Positions 20,476 through 30,343 of a stretch of DNA of 64,000 nucleotides are shown here, piece by piece. The notes beneath the pieces were generated by a model that was not told the origin of the DNA, made no database searches, and saw only the letters and a program-made list of their open reading frames with translations. Source of the stretch: a virus (lineage: Duplodnaviria > Heunggongvirae > Uroviricota > Caudoviricetes > Crassvirales); IMG/VR virus record IMGVR_UViG_3300044716_000090, positions 40,813 to 104,812 of that record; one strand, 5' to 3'. Numbering within the stretch: position 1 is the stretch's first letter; each line of letters begins with the position of its first letter. The position numbers and the translations under genes are program-made.

Positions 20476-21725
20476 TATAAATACTGTTTGAATATATTTG
20501 TCATTCCCTCAGCTTGATCGATTAAGAATGCTGTCACCTCACCTTTAGACATCGTGTGACCCATCTTATCATCCCAAAGGCTCTTAGCATTTGAGAAAGC
20601 TGGAATTTGGTAAAATTTAATACCGTTAAAGTCATGACTCACTTCGTGATGTTTATCTCCTGTGAATATATAGAAGTTATGGTGGAATGACCATTGGTCT
20701 CTATATTCTATTGGGAATAGTGCTGCAAGTTTAGCTGGCTTAATCGCATCCCCATGATTGAACATTAATGCTGAATTGCCGTAACTTACATACTTTCTAT
20801 ATTTAGGAGAATCATCAATTGTAAGTCTGTCTGTATTTCTAAAATATGTTTGTAACCAATTAACCATATGCCATCCTACAAACTCATCATGATTACCAGC
20901 TACATACACCACATTAACATGTTTAGCATGCTGTAATAACATTGTAATCATTAACACCTCATGGTTACATATATACTCAAATGAAGTGTGGTATGTATGT
21001 GTATTCTGTTGAGGGGTTCCTTTTGTAGTTGCATTAGTGTATTCACTATTAAACTCATCAGAGCCAATAATGTATGTAATCTCTTCTAGGTTGTTTGAAA
21101 GTTGAGCCTGTGTAGCTATCACATCCACCTTATACATAATCTTAGCCATTCTACTTGTTACATCATTATCACCATCTACATCCCATTTGTTTAAATGAGA
21201 GTCTTGTTTGTTGATAATTAACATACCGTTTGGTCTCTCTGGAAAGAACTTAGGACTCATAACTTCCTGACTAACAGGCTGATATGAAGCTAAAAAGTCT
21301 ACGAAGCTATCTTGAAATACTTGCTCTGTAGACTTCTTTCCTAACCATGCTTTAACTTGCCAATGGGGATTAGTTCCATTCCCCCAGAAGTTCTGTACAT
21401 ATTTAGTTATTTCCCACTTATCTGTGTCTATGTGACACTTCTCAATTAGTTCATCTAAGCTTTTAACTTCTTCGCTAAAGTTAGCTACTACCTCTCCTGT
21501 ACCCTTGCTTATATCCTCTGTAAACTTGATGATTACATTCTCTAGTTCAGCAATGTAGTTTCCAACCTCAGCATCTTCCTCACTCTTCTCTTGATTTCTT
21601 AACTCATTTAATAACTCATCCACCTCTAGTTCTGTAATTCCAAGCTTATCAGCATAGAACTTTTTACTCTTTTTCCAATGTAGGATCTCTTCTAGCTGTT
21701 GCAGCAAGGATTGATTTTCAGGCAT
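20475..21725 (-). CDS. Calcineurin-like metallophosphoesterase (416 aa)
   Basis: Contains VVYVAGNHDEF, the GNH[DE] signature of the metallophosphatase fold. An upstream His/Asp-rich stretch is consistent with metal-binding motifs. First gene after an intrinsic terminator and an AT-rich gap. Confidence 0.65.
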   Translation of the reverse strand: MPENQSLLQQLEEILHWKKSKKFYADKLGITELEVDELLNELRNQEKSEEDAEVGNYIAELENVIIKFTEDISKGTGEVVANFSEEVKSLDELIEKCHIDTDKWEITKYVQNFWGNGTNPHWQVKAWLGKKSTEQVFQDSFVDFLASYQPVSQEVMSPKFFPERPNGMLIINKQDSHLNKWDVDGDNDVTSRMAKIMYKVDVIATQAQLSNNLEEITYIIGSDEFNSEYTNATTKGTPQQNTHTYHTSFEYICNHEVLMITMLLQHAKHVNVVYVAGNHDEFVGWHMVNWLQTYFRNTDRLTIDDSPKYRKYVSYGNSALMFNHGDAIKPAKLAALFPIEYRDQWSFHHNFYIFTGDKHHEVSHDFNGIKFYQIPAFSNAKSLWDDKMGHTMSKGEVTAFLIDQAEGMTNIFKQYL

Positions 21726-21844
21726 ATATAGTTTAATTTAGTTAAAATTAGTGTAAAGGTACGAACTAATTTTCATATTTACAAAATTTTATTAACCAAA
21801 TTAATTATATAGATTAATCAATTTGATTAGAGTTTAAACAAAAA

Positions 21845-21868
21845 CCCCCAGCCTAGAAAGGCCAGGGG
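21845..21868 (-). terminator. Rho-independent terminator for leftward transcription
   Basis: Reverse strand reads CCCCUGGCCUUUCUAGGCUGGGGG followed by UUUUUGUUU. A GC hairpin in an AT-rich 190-bp gap downstream of gene 21920..22531. Confidence 0.6.
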
Positions 21869-21919
21869 ATACCTTGTAAAACCAACAAAACAAGGTTTTT
21901 GATTATTTATTTAACAAAA

Positions 21920-22531
21920 TTATGATGTATACTCTAATAATACAATGTCGCTTGTAGTAAAGGTTTTGTTGTTAAATGTATATGTACCACTTGCAGTTAC
22001 TGAAATTTGTTCATTTAATATACCATTGATATATAATGATAAAGTTGACGCAAGTGTGTAATTTGATATATCAACAATTACTGGTTCAGTTGTTAAACTT
22101 GCAAGTCCTGCAACCACTGCCTGACCCGTTGTAACAGGGAAAGAACCTGAGTTTATGAAATAAAATGATGCACCACCCGTAGTATAAACATTATCTATTT
22201 GTCCACTACCTGCTGGATTGCTTATTGTAAAGCTACCAACACCAGTTGTTGTTGTTGTGGTTGTAGTAGGAGGAGGAGTTGCAGTGGTTGTTGTAGTAGT
22301 TGTTGTAGGACATGGTACCACAGATAAATCTGTATAGTTTGTACAGGCTCCTGTAGACATAACACGAACGATTGTTGTACCATTAGGAACTAATGTAGAT
22401 GTGTATCCAGCCAATAGACTAGATCTTGACACACCTGTTTCAAAAGGAACAGAGTATGAGTCTACATTTGAATATAGACTGAATGGTCCTGTTGAAGAAC
22501 CTGCTGTTGTTAATGTAATTAATACTGTCAT
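21920..22531 (-). CDS. Fibre/adhesin-like protein (203 aa) with poly-Thr linker
   Basis: ORF in track. Contains CPTTTTTTTTATPPPTTTTTTTTG. Thr/Ser/Gly-rich beta-like composition. Confidence 0.6.
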   Translation of the reverse strand: MTVLITLTTAGSSTGPFSLYSNVDSYSVPFETGVSRSSLLAGYTSTLVPNGTTIVRVMSTGACTNYTDLSVVPCPTTTTTTTTATPPPTTTTTTTTGVGSFTISNPAGSGQIDNVYTTGGASFYFINSGSFPVTTGQAVVAGLASLTTEPVIVDISNYTLASTLSLYINGILNEQISVTASGTYTFNNKTFTTSDIVLLEYTS

Positions 22532-22553
22532 ATTATAGGTTTATAAAAAAATT

Positions 22554-23567
22554 TTAACAAGTTAAGTTTTTAACTGAAATCAAACAGTTGATGTCTGTAT
22601 TAACCAATTGATTAATAAAGATTAAAGTTCCGCTGCTACTTACTATATTTTGACAAGTAGTAGTGACATAGGTGCTATCAGTTAAGCTTATTCTCTGTCC
22701 AGGAGTTAGTGCATTACTATAATCTACTTCGATCGTAAGTGTTCCTACTTGAGACGTTGATAATTGACTAGCACTGCCAGCAGGACATGGTAAAGGGTTT
22801 GGTCCAACTGGTACAGCTGCTACACCATTTACTCTTACAGCATCAATACTTATATTTGGTGATGGATCAAAATCATATGTATTTGCTATATCTATAAAAG
22901 CATTAGGTACTGCAGTTGTTGTTGTTGTTGTTGTTGGTTCACAAATTCCTGACGCAGTTATACTAACACTACCAATTCCAGTAACAGTTCTAAAACAATA
23001 AGTTGAATTGACAGGTCCTGTAAGTGGTATTGTAAAAGGATCACCATTGCAATCTGTACCAAAAATTGTTGCACTTCCTTCACTAGGAACTATAATTGTG
23101 TATTCTACACATAATGGTGCTTCAGTGGTGGTGGTAGTCGTTGTTGGAGTAATAGTTGTTGTGGTAGTTGTTGTTGTTGGAGTAACAGTGGTTGTAGTGG
23201 TAGTTGTTGGAGTTAGTGTAGTTGTAGTGGTAGTGGTAGGTGTTACTGTTGTTGTAGTTGTTGTAATGGGGCTATAGATACAAGAGTTTACCAATGTACA
23301 GAACATCACCTTTAAAGATGGGTTCTGATTAATTACAGTGATAAGGGTTTGTACTAGTTCTATAGGTTCAAGTGCATTATCCAATTTCTGCATGGCTATA
23401 TTCATACCATCCCCTGTATCAACTCCTGAGTTAGGAAGATTGGGACCGTTGTATTGAATAGATGATGTAGGAATAGGATAACCAGCAAACCACCCATTAT
23501 TACATTGCTGTGGATAATAGGCATTTGATGTATTCTCAAAGCAAGGGGTACCAGGTACGCAAGCCAT
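22554..23567 (-). CDS. Fibre/adhesin-like protein (337 aa) with five tandem 10-aa Thr-rich repeats
   Basis: Residues 101-151 are ITTTTTTVTP, TTTTTTTLTP, TTTTTTTVTP, TTTTTTTTITP and TTTTTTTEAP, encoded by a 30-bp tandem DNA repeat. Confidence 0.65.
   Translation of the reverse strand: MACVPGTPCFENTSNAYYPQQCNNGWFAGYPIPTSSIQYNGPNLPNSGVDTGDGMNIAMQKLDNALEPIELVQTLITVINQNPSLKVMFCTLVNSCIYSPITTTTTTVTPTTTTTTTLTPTTTTTTTVTPTTTTTTTTITPTTTTTTTEAPLCVEYTIIVPSEGSATIFGTDCNGDPFTIPLTGPVNSTYCFRTVTGIGSVSITASGICEPTTTTTTTAVPNAFIDIANTYDFDPSPNISIDAVRVNGVAAVPVGPNPLPCPAGSASQLSTSQVGTLTIEVDYSNALTPGQRISLTDSTYVTTTCQNIVSSSGTLIFINQLVNTDINCLISVKNLTC
23115..23267 (-). repeat. Tandem 30-bp coding repeat (5 copies) encoding the Thr7-[VLI]-TP linker
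   Basis: Direct reading of repeated GTNGTNGTNGTNGTNGG-type units on the + strand at 23115..23267. Confidence 0.7.
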
Positions 23568-23586
23568 TATAGTTTAGTTTAATCGA

Positions 23587-24699
23587 TTAAGGAATGTACA
23601 TGATGTAGTAGCACGCACGTACAGGCTGGATGTTAGCATGACCTAATCCACCGCCTGTATTACCAATGGTTACATTTATACCTGTAGTGGCACTTGTTGT
23701 ATACTCAGGACCAGTTAATGCTGGACCAGGATTAGTTAATTGTGTAGCTACACATTGAGTTCCACCAGAGTCATCTGTAGTTCTGTTACCTCTAAAGATA
23801 GATGTACCAGGAGCATGTAAGTGACCTGGGTCAGTAACTGTTACAGGATGTGAGTGTGCAGGGATTTGTGTAGTGTTTAATATAACTTGGTTAGCACCAC
23901 CACCATCTCCTAGAGCATAGTTAGGGTTACCAACAAAGATAGGATCTACAGCAGGATCTAGAGCTCCACCACCTACACCAATAATAGCACCCACTGGAAC
24001 ACGTCCTCTTTTATCTGGAGTTCCATTTAAGCCATTACATAGGTAGATTTTATCAAACCCATTTGCAGGATTACCTGCCCCAGTGATATCAAAGTTACCC
24101 AATGAACCGTAGTATTCTACAGCTGTATAAGGAACCATTTTTGTGTAATACTGATTAGAAGGAGTGATGCTATCTAAGTAAGCTTGGATTAATGTGTTTA
24201 AGTCAGCAAGCTTTACGTAGTTAGTATCTAAGTCTAAAGCTAATGCATTTAGATCTACACCTAGTTGACAAAGCTTTGTAATAACAGCCTGAACCACAGC
24301 ATGTGTGTCAGAAGATGATGTTACACCTGAAAGGCAGCCTACATTATAATCTGCATTCAATACAGCAATGTCAGCTTCTACAGCATCAACCTGTACCTGT
24401 AAATTACAAGCAGCTTTTACTAAAGCTGTAAATAAGTCTAAAGCAGAAGGGTCCCCACATTCTGGGAAACAAGGAGGAAGATATTGTGTAACTAGGTTAC
24501 AATAAGCTTCTGAATCTATTGTGATAGAGATTCCTGTTCCATCTAGGAAACTAACCACTTTATCAATAAGAGATTGTTCTACAACAAGAAGGTTATCACC
24601 AGTCTCTATTTCTAGAGCAGGAACAGAGTTCCCTGTATATCTAACACATTTATCAGAAACAATCTCTACACAACCGTTATAGCAATTTGTACAAGACAT
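23587..24699 (-). CDS. Tail fibre protein with C-terminal phage tail-collar-like domain (370 aa)
   Basis: C-terminal part contains GTPDKRGRVPVG ... QIPAHSHPV, resembling the tail-collar domain motif (LPDLRGR ... HtH) known from T4 gp12-type fibres. Assigned by motif recall, not by search. Confidence 0.6.
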   Translation of the reverse strand: MSCTNCYNGCVEIVSDKCVRYTGNSVPALEIETGDNLLVVEQSLIDKVVSFLDGTGISITIDSEAYCNLVTQYLPPCFPECGDPSALDLFTALVKAACNLQVQVDAVEADIAVLNADYNVGCLSGVTSSSDTHAVVQAVITKLCQLGVDLNALALDLDTNYVKLADLNTLIQAYLDSITPSNQYYTKMVPYTAVEYYGSLGNFDITGAGNPANGFDKIYLCNGLNGTPDKRGRVPVGAIIGVGGGALDPAVDPIFVGNPNYALGDGGGANQVILNTTQIPAHSHPVTVTDPGHLHAPGTSIFRGNRTTDDSGGTQCVATQLTNPGPALTGPEYTTSATTGINVTIGNTGGGLGHANIQPVRACYYIMYIP

Positions 24700-24707
24700 T
24701 TTATAAA

Positions 24708-24974
24708 TTATTTATGAATTAAGAGTTTTACTTTACTAGCTATCATCTGTACAGTAAAGTGACTAGCGTAGTCAGGGTTACAGAACTTGTAAGCCAAGAT
24801 CCTTTTATAATTTAGTAAGTCACCAATTACAACCCCTGGTACAGGATAGTTTAAAGAGAACACAATATTGTTATATTGATTATTTGCCAAGTCTGTTAAC
24901 TTGCAATCAATATCAGCTAAGAGTACAGGTATAGTTGTACAATCAACACAGTTTGTAAGCCTTGGTGATAACAT
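24708..24974 (-). CDS. Hypothetical small protein (88 aa)
   Basis: ORF in track, tight spacing. Confidence 0.45.
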   Translation of the reverse strand: MLSPRLTNCVDCTTIPVLLADIDCKLTDLANNQYNNIVFSLNYPVPGVVIGDLLNYKRILAYKFCNPDYASHFTVQMIASKVKLLIHK

Positions 24975-25087
24975 TTTTTATTCTTTGAGTTGCTTGCTTC
25001 AGCTTGTAATTACATGCTGAACATAAGCCATTAATTAATTGACAACCACAGCCTACCTTTAGGCCGCATTCTCTACAGTTTGCCATG

Positions 25088-25645
25088 TTAATGAAAATTG
25101 ATTATGTAGTTATTTCCTGAACAACCACAATTGGTTTTAATAAAATTATTAAGCATTCTATTTGCTTGTATATATAACTTATTAGAAGTGTCTACAGCAC
25201 AGTTATTAGCTGCAGCAATAGAACCCTGAATCATGTAATATACACTATTTAAATCCACCTTAGCTTGTGTCTTGATAGCAAGATCACATTCCATCATATC
25301 AAGCTTCATGAAAGCATTGTCAAATTTCTCTTGTAATTGTTCAACACGAATGATGGTTTTGGTAACAAAGTTCTCGTATGCAGGAGCAACAGAATATGTT
25401 ATTGTATAGATTCCATCAGGAAGAGGAATCAATGGAGATCCTACAACACTAAGTCCTAAAGAAGCAGAGTTAAATATATTAAAGTCATTAACGTTAAATG
25501 GTAGAGATACAGGTGCAAATCCAGGCATTGTTATTTCAATGGTTGGAGAAGTAACAACAGGAGGATCTGTATCATAAATTGATGCATCTGCCACACCTAA
25601 TGTTAATGTGTTATAAGTTGGTATTACCAGTATATCTAAGGTCAT
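25088..25645 (-). CDS. Hypothetical structural protein (185 aa)
   Basis: ORF in track. Confidence 0.55.
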   Translation of the reverse strand: MTLDILVIPTYNTLTLGVADASIYDTDPPVVTSPTIEITMPGFAPVSLPFNVNDFNIFNSASLGLSVVGSPLIPLPDGIYTITYSVAPAYENFVTKTIIRVEQLQEKFDNAFMKLDMMECDLAIKTQAKVDLNSVYYMIQGSIAAANNCAVDTSNKLYIQANRMLNNFIKTNCGCSGNNYIINFH

Positions 25646-25728
25646 GTCTTTAAAATAAATATGCCAGAGGATTTGAGAAATATCCTCTCACCCTCTGGCA
25701 TAGGTTATATGATTCTACTTGTATTCTC

Positions 25729-26871
25729 TTAAGGAATCAAAGTAGTTGTTGTTGAAGTACTAGGCCAAATAGTAGTTGTAGTAGAAGTAGTACTTGTGAT
25801 AGGACCACTATCATCAGTTACAGGACCTAAACCAGCTACTAGGATTGCTTCGATTGCAGCAGTTGCACCACTAGGAATAGCAAGAATTACAGTGCTATCT
25901 TCGATGATGTAATCACCCCACTTGTAAGCAGATTTGTCATACTCATTGAACTTAATGTAATAAGTGTCATAAGTAGTACCGTCAGATACCCAAGACTCAA
26001 AGTTCTCGTTGTAACCAACCATTCTGTACAAATGCTTAAGGTAACCAGCTTGGTAGCTATAGAAGTTTTTCTCTAATTGCTTAATCTCATCTGAAGTACC
26101 AGATACATAAGAAGCACGTTGAGTAACTAAAGCCTCAGCAACGATGTTACAATTGTCAGCAACGATGAAGTCAGCAGTAGTTGCAGGACCAGAATACACG
26201 AATGTACGGAAGTACATACGATCGTATTCCCAAGGGAATGCAGCCACATCACATGGTTGACCATACTTAGTTAATGGTTTACCAGAGATAACTAACTTAG
26301 CGTTTTGATCGTTACCAACTCTTTGGAATTGATAGAAAGTGTTGAAGCTAATGTTGTCAGGGTTGTTACCTGGAGCTTGTTGTTCAAACTTTAAGATAGC
26401 TTGATCAATGAAAGCAGGAACGTCAACATCTGCACAAGGATCGCCACCACACTCTAAACAAGGAGCAACAACTGTAATAGAACGGGTAAAACCGTTGAAA
26501 TACAATGTGTCAATGTAAGAAGAATGAGCACGTAATGTGAATGTTACAACCTCACCAGCTTTAACGTTGAAGTTACCAACTTCAGTTACTTGGTTAGCAG
26601 CAACTGGGTTACCAGTCACTTTATACCACTCACTAACTTGGCTAGAAGCAATCTTATCAGAACGCTTAGAACCTTGTAAATAAGTGTTAACTCTACCTTG
26701 AGCTAAATAGAAATACGGTTTGAGAGCAATGTTACCTGCAGTAGCTACAGAGTAATCGCTTCTAAACACACCAAACTGACCTGCGGTCAAGTTTTGCGTA
26801 GAAGTACCAGGGCTAGGTAGAGTGTTTCCTACTGGCACTACGAAGAGCGTAGTTAATGAAAAATCAGCCAT
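25729..26871 (-). CDS. Structural protein (380 aa) with C-terminal Ser/Thr-rich tail; possibly a major tail or head-decoration component
   Basis: ORF in track. C-terminus TSTTSTTTTIWPSTSTTTTLIP. Confidence 0.6.
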   Translation of the reverse strand: MADFSLTTLFVVPVGNTLPSPGTSTQNLTAGQFGVFRSDYSVATAGNIALKPYFYLAQGRVNTYLQGSKRSDKIASSQVSEWYKVTGNPVAANQVTEVGNFNVKAGEVVTFTLRAHSSYIDTLYFNGFTRSITVVAPCLECGGDPCADVDVPAFIDQAILKFEQQAPGNNPDNISFNTFYQFQRVGNDQNAKLVISGKPLTKYGQPCDVAAFPWEYDRMYFRTFVYSGPATTADFIVADNCNIVAEALVTQRASYVSGTSDEIKQLEKNFYSYQAGYLKHLYRMVGYNENFESWVSDGTTYDTYYIKFNEYDKSAYKWGDYIIEDSTVILAIPSGATAAIEAILVAGLGPVTDDSGPITSTTSTTTTIWPSTSTTTTLIP

Positions 26872-26898
26872 TTTGTTTTATTTAAATTGTGAAAATAA

Positions 26899-27630
26899 CT
26901 ATTCGTTTGTCTGAATTCTAAGTTGAGCACTTTGAACAGCAGATTGGTTCTCTGTGTACATTGCTAGATTCTGAACTGTTAAGTCTAACAACTCATCTTC
27001 CAGGTATGTCTCAAGTTCACAATCAGCATCGTATGAGTCTTGTCCATCTAACATTACATATCCAGTCTTGTTAATGTACACTGGGTATCTCATGTAAGAT
27101 ATGTATATTTTCTTAGGGGTAAATGTACCGTCAGTAAATATAGAGATCTCATCAGAAGATAGGGAGTTGAAAGTTTCTTGATATTCAAATGATGGTTTAT
27201 AATGAGTGTTAGTTAAACAAAATTGCAAATCGCCATGTTTAGACAAATCTCTATTAATCCATATCTTTCTATCTTTACACAAACCTTTATCCGCAATTAC
27301 ATAACTATCTATATAGAACATGTACTTTGGAGTGAGTTGGTGTATTCCAGCTGCCCATTGATTTAATTCAGCATTCTTGACAGTTAAGTCAAGGGGTTGA
27401 TGGTTATAAGTTACCACCAAACTTTGTAGGTCCTCGTAACGCTTCTTGAAAGCATCTAGACCTAGACCAGAAATTGTGTTTTGACCATCAACCTTTTGTT
27501 TGATCAATTTGATCTGAGCCTCATTCAAGGCTAAAATCTTATCTTCTAATTGAATCTGTTGGTGTTCGTTCGTTGATAGTTTATTTAGTTTCTGGTCGAT
27601 TTTATATAATAAACTATCTACGGGTATCAT
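26899..27630 (-). CDS. Hypothetical structural protein (243 aa)
   Basis: ORF in track. Start overlaps the upstream gene (27627/27630). Confidence 0.55.
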   Translation of the reverse strand: MIPVDSLLYKIDQKLNKLSTNEHQQIQLEDKILALNEAQIKLIKQKVDGQNTISGLGLDAFKKRYEDLQSLVVTYNHQPLDLTVKNAELNQWAAGIHQLTPKYMFYIDSYVIADKGLCKDRKIWINRDLSKHGDLQFCLTNTHYKPSFEYQETFNSLSSDEISIFTDGTFTPKKIYISYMRYPVYINKTGYVMLDGQDSYDADCELETYLEDELLDLTVQNLAMYTENQSAVQSAQLRIQTNE

Positions 27631-28595
27631 ACAGAAGCTATTTTCTTAGTTTTTAATTTTCCTTCCAAGGTTAATAATTCGTCTTGGTTATCATCATCAG
27701 CAAGGAATTTAACTAAATCATCTTCATCCTTAGCAATCTCAAATTCACCTTCGTACACCTTACCATTAGGTTTTAAACGATATACTGAGTGAGCGATAGC
27801 CTGTTTAACCAAGTCTTTAATATGGAGTAAGTTTTCCTTCATGTCTGCAAATCTGCTGAACACCTCTACAGGGTTTAAACCAGCATGTTTACCATTCTTG
27901 AATTCTGTTTGTTTTAATAGGTTGTCTACCTGGTTGTATACAGATTCTTCTTTAGTGTCCTCTGTAACAGGTAATCCTAACAATCTTGCAACTTTGCGTT
28001 TCTTCTCTGGAGTCATTGCATCAAACTTGACAATAGCCTTGTTGATCAATTGTTTCTTCTTGAATATCACTGCATTCTCAATTTCATCATCAGCAACGTA
28101 AAATTGTGTATCTGCAGGAACTTCACCACGCTCCCAAGCTTGATAGCTAGAAGCAATTGTTGGATGAACTCTTAACCATGCGAAAGCTAATTCTTGAAAA
28201 GGATTAGAGAAATCAAAGTAGTTATCACCATCCATTAACTTAACAGCTTGTACATGTAATGTATCATCTGTAGATGTAGATAATCCATAGTTCCAGAAAC
28301 TAGAACGAGGACCTAAATCAACATCACCTAGAGCAGCTTCAAGTTTTTCTTTAAGTGCTGTAACTCTTTCAACTTCCATTTCTCTTTCAAGACTATCACC
28401 CATCCTACGGATGTATGAAGCTTTTGGATCTAAACCAGTTCTGTACTGTCCATCAAGTTCCTTGTAAGGATACTTAAATACACCTGTTCCAGGGATCCTA
28501 GTCAAGCCTTTCTGTGCAAGACCACCTTGCATAGTTTGTAACTGAGAGTTGTTGTAATCTTTCTTTAACGTAGAGATTTTTCCTATCTTACCCAT
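27627..28595 (-). CDS. Hypothetical head-associated protein (322 aa)
   Basis: ORF in track. First gene downstream of the capsid gene and its hairpin. Confidence 0.55.
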   Translation of the reverse strand: MGKIGKISTLKKDYNNSQLQTMQGGLAQKGLTRIPGTGVFKYPYKELDGQYRTGLDPKASYIRRMGDSLEREMEVERVTALKEKLEAALGDVDLGPRSSFWNYGLSTSTDDTLHVQAVKLMDGDNYFDFSNPFQELAFAWLRVHPTIASSYQAWERGEVPADTQFYVADDEIENAVIFKKKQLINKAIVKFDAMTPEKKRKVARLLGLPVTEDTKEESVYNQVDNLLKQTEFKNGKHAGLNPVEVFSRFADMKENLLHIKDLVKQAIAHSVYRLKPNGKVYEGEFEIAKDEDDLVKFLADDDNQDELLTLEGKLKTKKIASV

Positions 28596-28697
28596 ATGTA
28601 GTTGTTTTTGTTTGGTTTATTTTTGCAGATGGGTTCTCAGCGAAGAGAGTGCCATACAGACATGTAATCTGTATCCATCCATCTGTGTGAGAAGACT

Positions 28698-28721
28698 CCC
28701 CCACTTGGAGCAGTGGGGGGG
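28698..28721 (-). terminator. GC-rich hairpin downstream of the capsid gene; attenuator or partial terminator
   Basis: CCCCCACT-TGGAGC-AGTGGGGGGG is a perfect 8-bp G/C stem in an AT-rich genome, 35 nt past the capsid stop. The following run is only weakly U-rich. Confidence 0.45.
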
Positions 28722-28755
28722 AATTCTTCTCGGTAGGTTATTTCTAATCCTTAGA

Positions 28756-30309
28756 TTAGAATTGTGGTATTTCTTCGATTAATACTGTACGTGATAAATC
28801 TTCAATGAATACATCACAACGGTCTTTCATCCAAATCTCATAACCAGGGAATTTGTTTGCAGAACTCATACCTTGAGACTTAGCAAAACCTAAGTGGTGA
28901 CGAGTACCATCGATATAACCCCAAGTCATTGAAGGAGCACCCTTCATACGTACTTCACGGATGTTGTTTACCATTGAACCATCGCTCATTGGAGATACAT
29001 CAAACACCATGAATACAGGAGTAGATTTTTTGTTCTGACCGAATTCTAAGTTAGTTTGAGGAAGGTCTAATTCTTTTAAGTGAATTAGTTCAACACGACC
29101 TGTTTCACGTGTAACCATTGCATCGAATGCAAAGTTGTAAGTGATGTGTTGACCTTCTCCTTGCATGTAGCGATTACCAGAATCAGCCATGAAAGTTAAA
29201 CCAGAATTAAGTGCATCATTTTTAAGAGCTTGTTGGAACACATCAAAGCCAGCTTCGTTTGTGTACATTTTAACTCTACGATCCTTAACATCAACACGTC
29301 TGTAGAATAAGTCACCAAACACTGAACGAATCAAGTTTGCAGTGAACTCACCACGGTTGTATTGTACTAAGTTACCGTTATTACGCATTCTGTGGTAAAC
29401 ACCAGCAGATGTACGCTTTAATTCTTGCTTAGAACCATTAGTCTTCACGGTACCAGGCTTAGCCCAGATCATACGCTTAACTTTTAATTCTAACATAGAC
29501 TTACGCATCCAGAACTCAATAAATGGTTCCCATTTAACATCGTTACGAGTTAAAGGTAATTGGTTACGTCTTTGTGGAGCATATACTAAGATGTCAAGAG
29601 GCTTACCAGAAGCATCACGCATCATTTTATCATCAGCCCACTCAGTGATTTTGTGCTCATAACCATATGCAGAACCTAAAGATTCAAACATAGTGATTTG
29701 CTCACCTAAACGAGGAAGACCTAATAAGTCTTGATCGAATTCACCGATAGCAGCATCAACTAATTCTAGTTCGATACCAGTTTGTAAGAAAGTAGCACTT
29801 ACGTAATCTACTTGAGGGTTGTCAGTCACAAGAGTGAATGTGTACAAGAAACCAGCGTTCCAAGGTTGAGGATCCTTGATAACGTAGAAACGAGGACCAT
29901 ACTGACGAGTACCTACAGAAACAATAGCGTTCTTAGAAAACTCATTTGTGTCAATTACAAGAGAAAATTCTTGACCATCGATACCTGGCTTATCTAAAGC
30001 TAGAGTGGTATCAGGGATGTCAATGATTTTTGGAAACTTGTAAGGAACTTGTACTTGCCACTTCCAAGCATCACTGTTATTATCGATATAGTAAGGAGTA
30101 GACTTGTTGATCATGTCTAGGAAATCATTACTGTAAAGAGAACTCTGAGTATACAAACTGATAATTTTCTTATCATAATCTGCTGGCTCAGTTGAGTGAA
30201 AACTCTCCAAGTGGTTAGAATCTGTTAACTTACCTACTGCACGCTTGTCCATAGAAGCAACACGAGCATACGTAAATCCAGTTAAACCTGGGATTGTTTG
30301 AATTGCCAT
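28756..30309 (-). CDS. Major capsid protein, putative (517 aa)
   Basis: Assigned by position (terminase, portal, scaffold, then this gene) and size. Followed by a strong hairpin. No motif proof available by eye. Confidence 0.55.
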   Translation of the reverse strand: MAIQTIPGLTGFTYARVASMDKRAVGKLTDSNHLESFHSTEPADYDKKIISLYTQSSLYSNDFLDMINKSTPYYIDNNSDAWKWQVQVPYKFPKIIDIPDTTLALDKPGIDGQEFSLVIDTNEFSKNAIVSVGTRQYGPRFYVIKDPQPWNAGFLYTFTLVTDNPQVDYVSATFLQTGIELELVDAAIGEFDQDLLGLPRLGEQITMFESLGSAYGYEHKITEWADDKMMRDASGKPLDILVYAPQRRNQLPLTRNDVKWEPFIEFWMRKSMLELKVKRMIWAKPGTVKTNGSKQELKRTSAGVYHRMRNNGNLVQYNRGEFTANLIRSVFGDLFYRRVDVKDRRVKMYTNEAGFDVFQQALKNDALNSGLTFMADSGNRYMQGEGQHITYNFAFDAMVTRETGRVELIHLKELDLPQTNLEFGQNKKSTPVFMVFDVSPMSDGSMVNNIREVRMKGAPSMTWGYIDGTRHHLGFAKSQGMSSANKFPGYEIWMKDRCDVFIEDLSRTVLIEEIPQF

Positions 30310-30343
30310 TTTGTTATTTTTTTAATTAATGTTTATAAATTGT

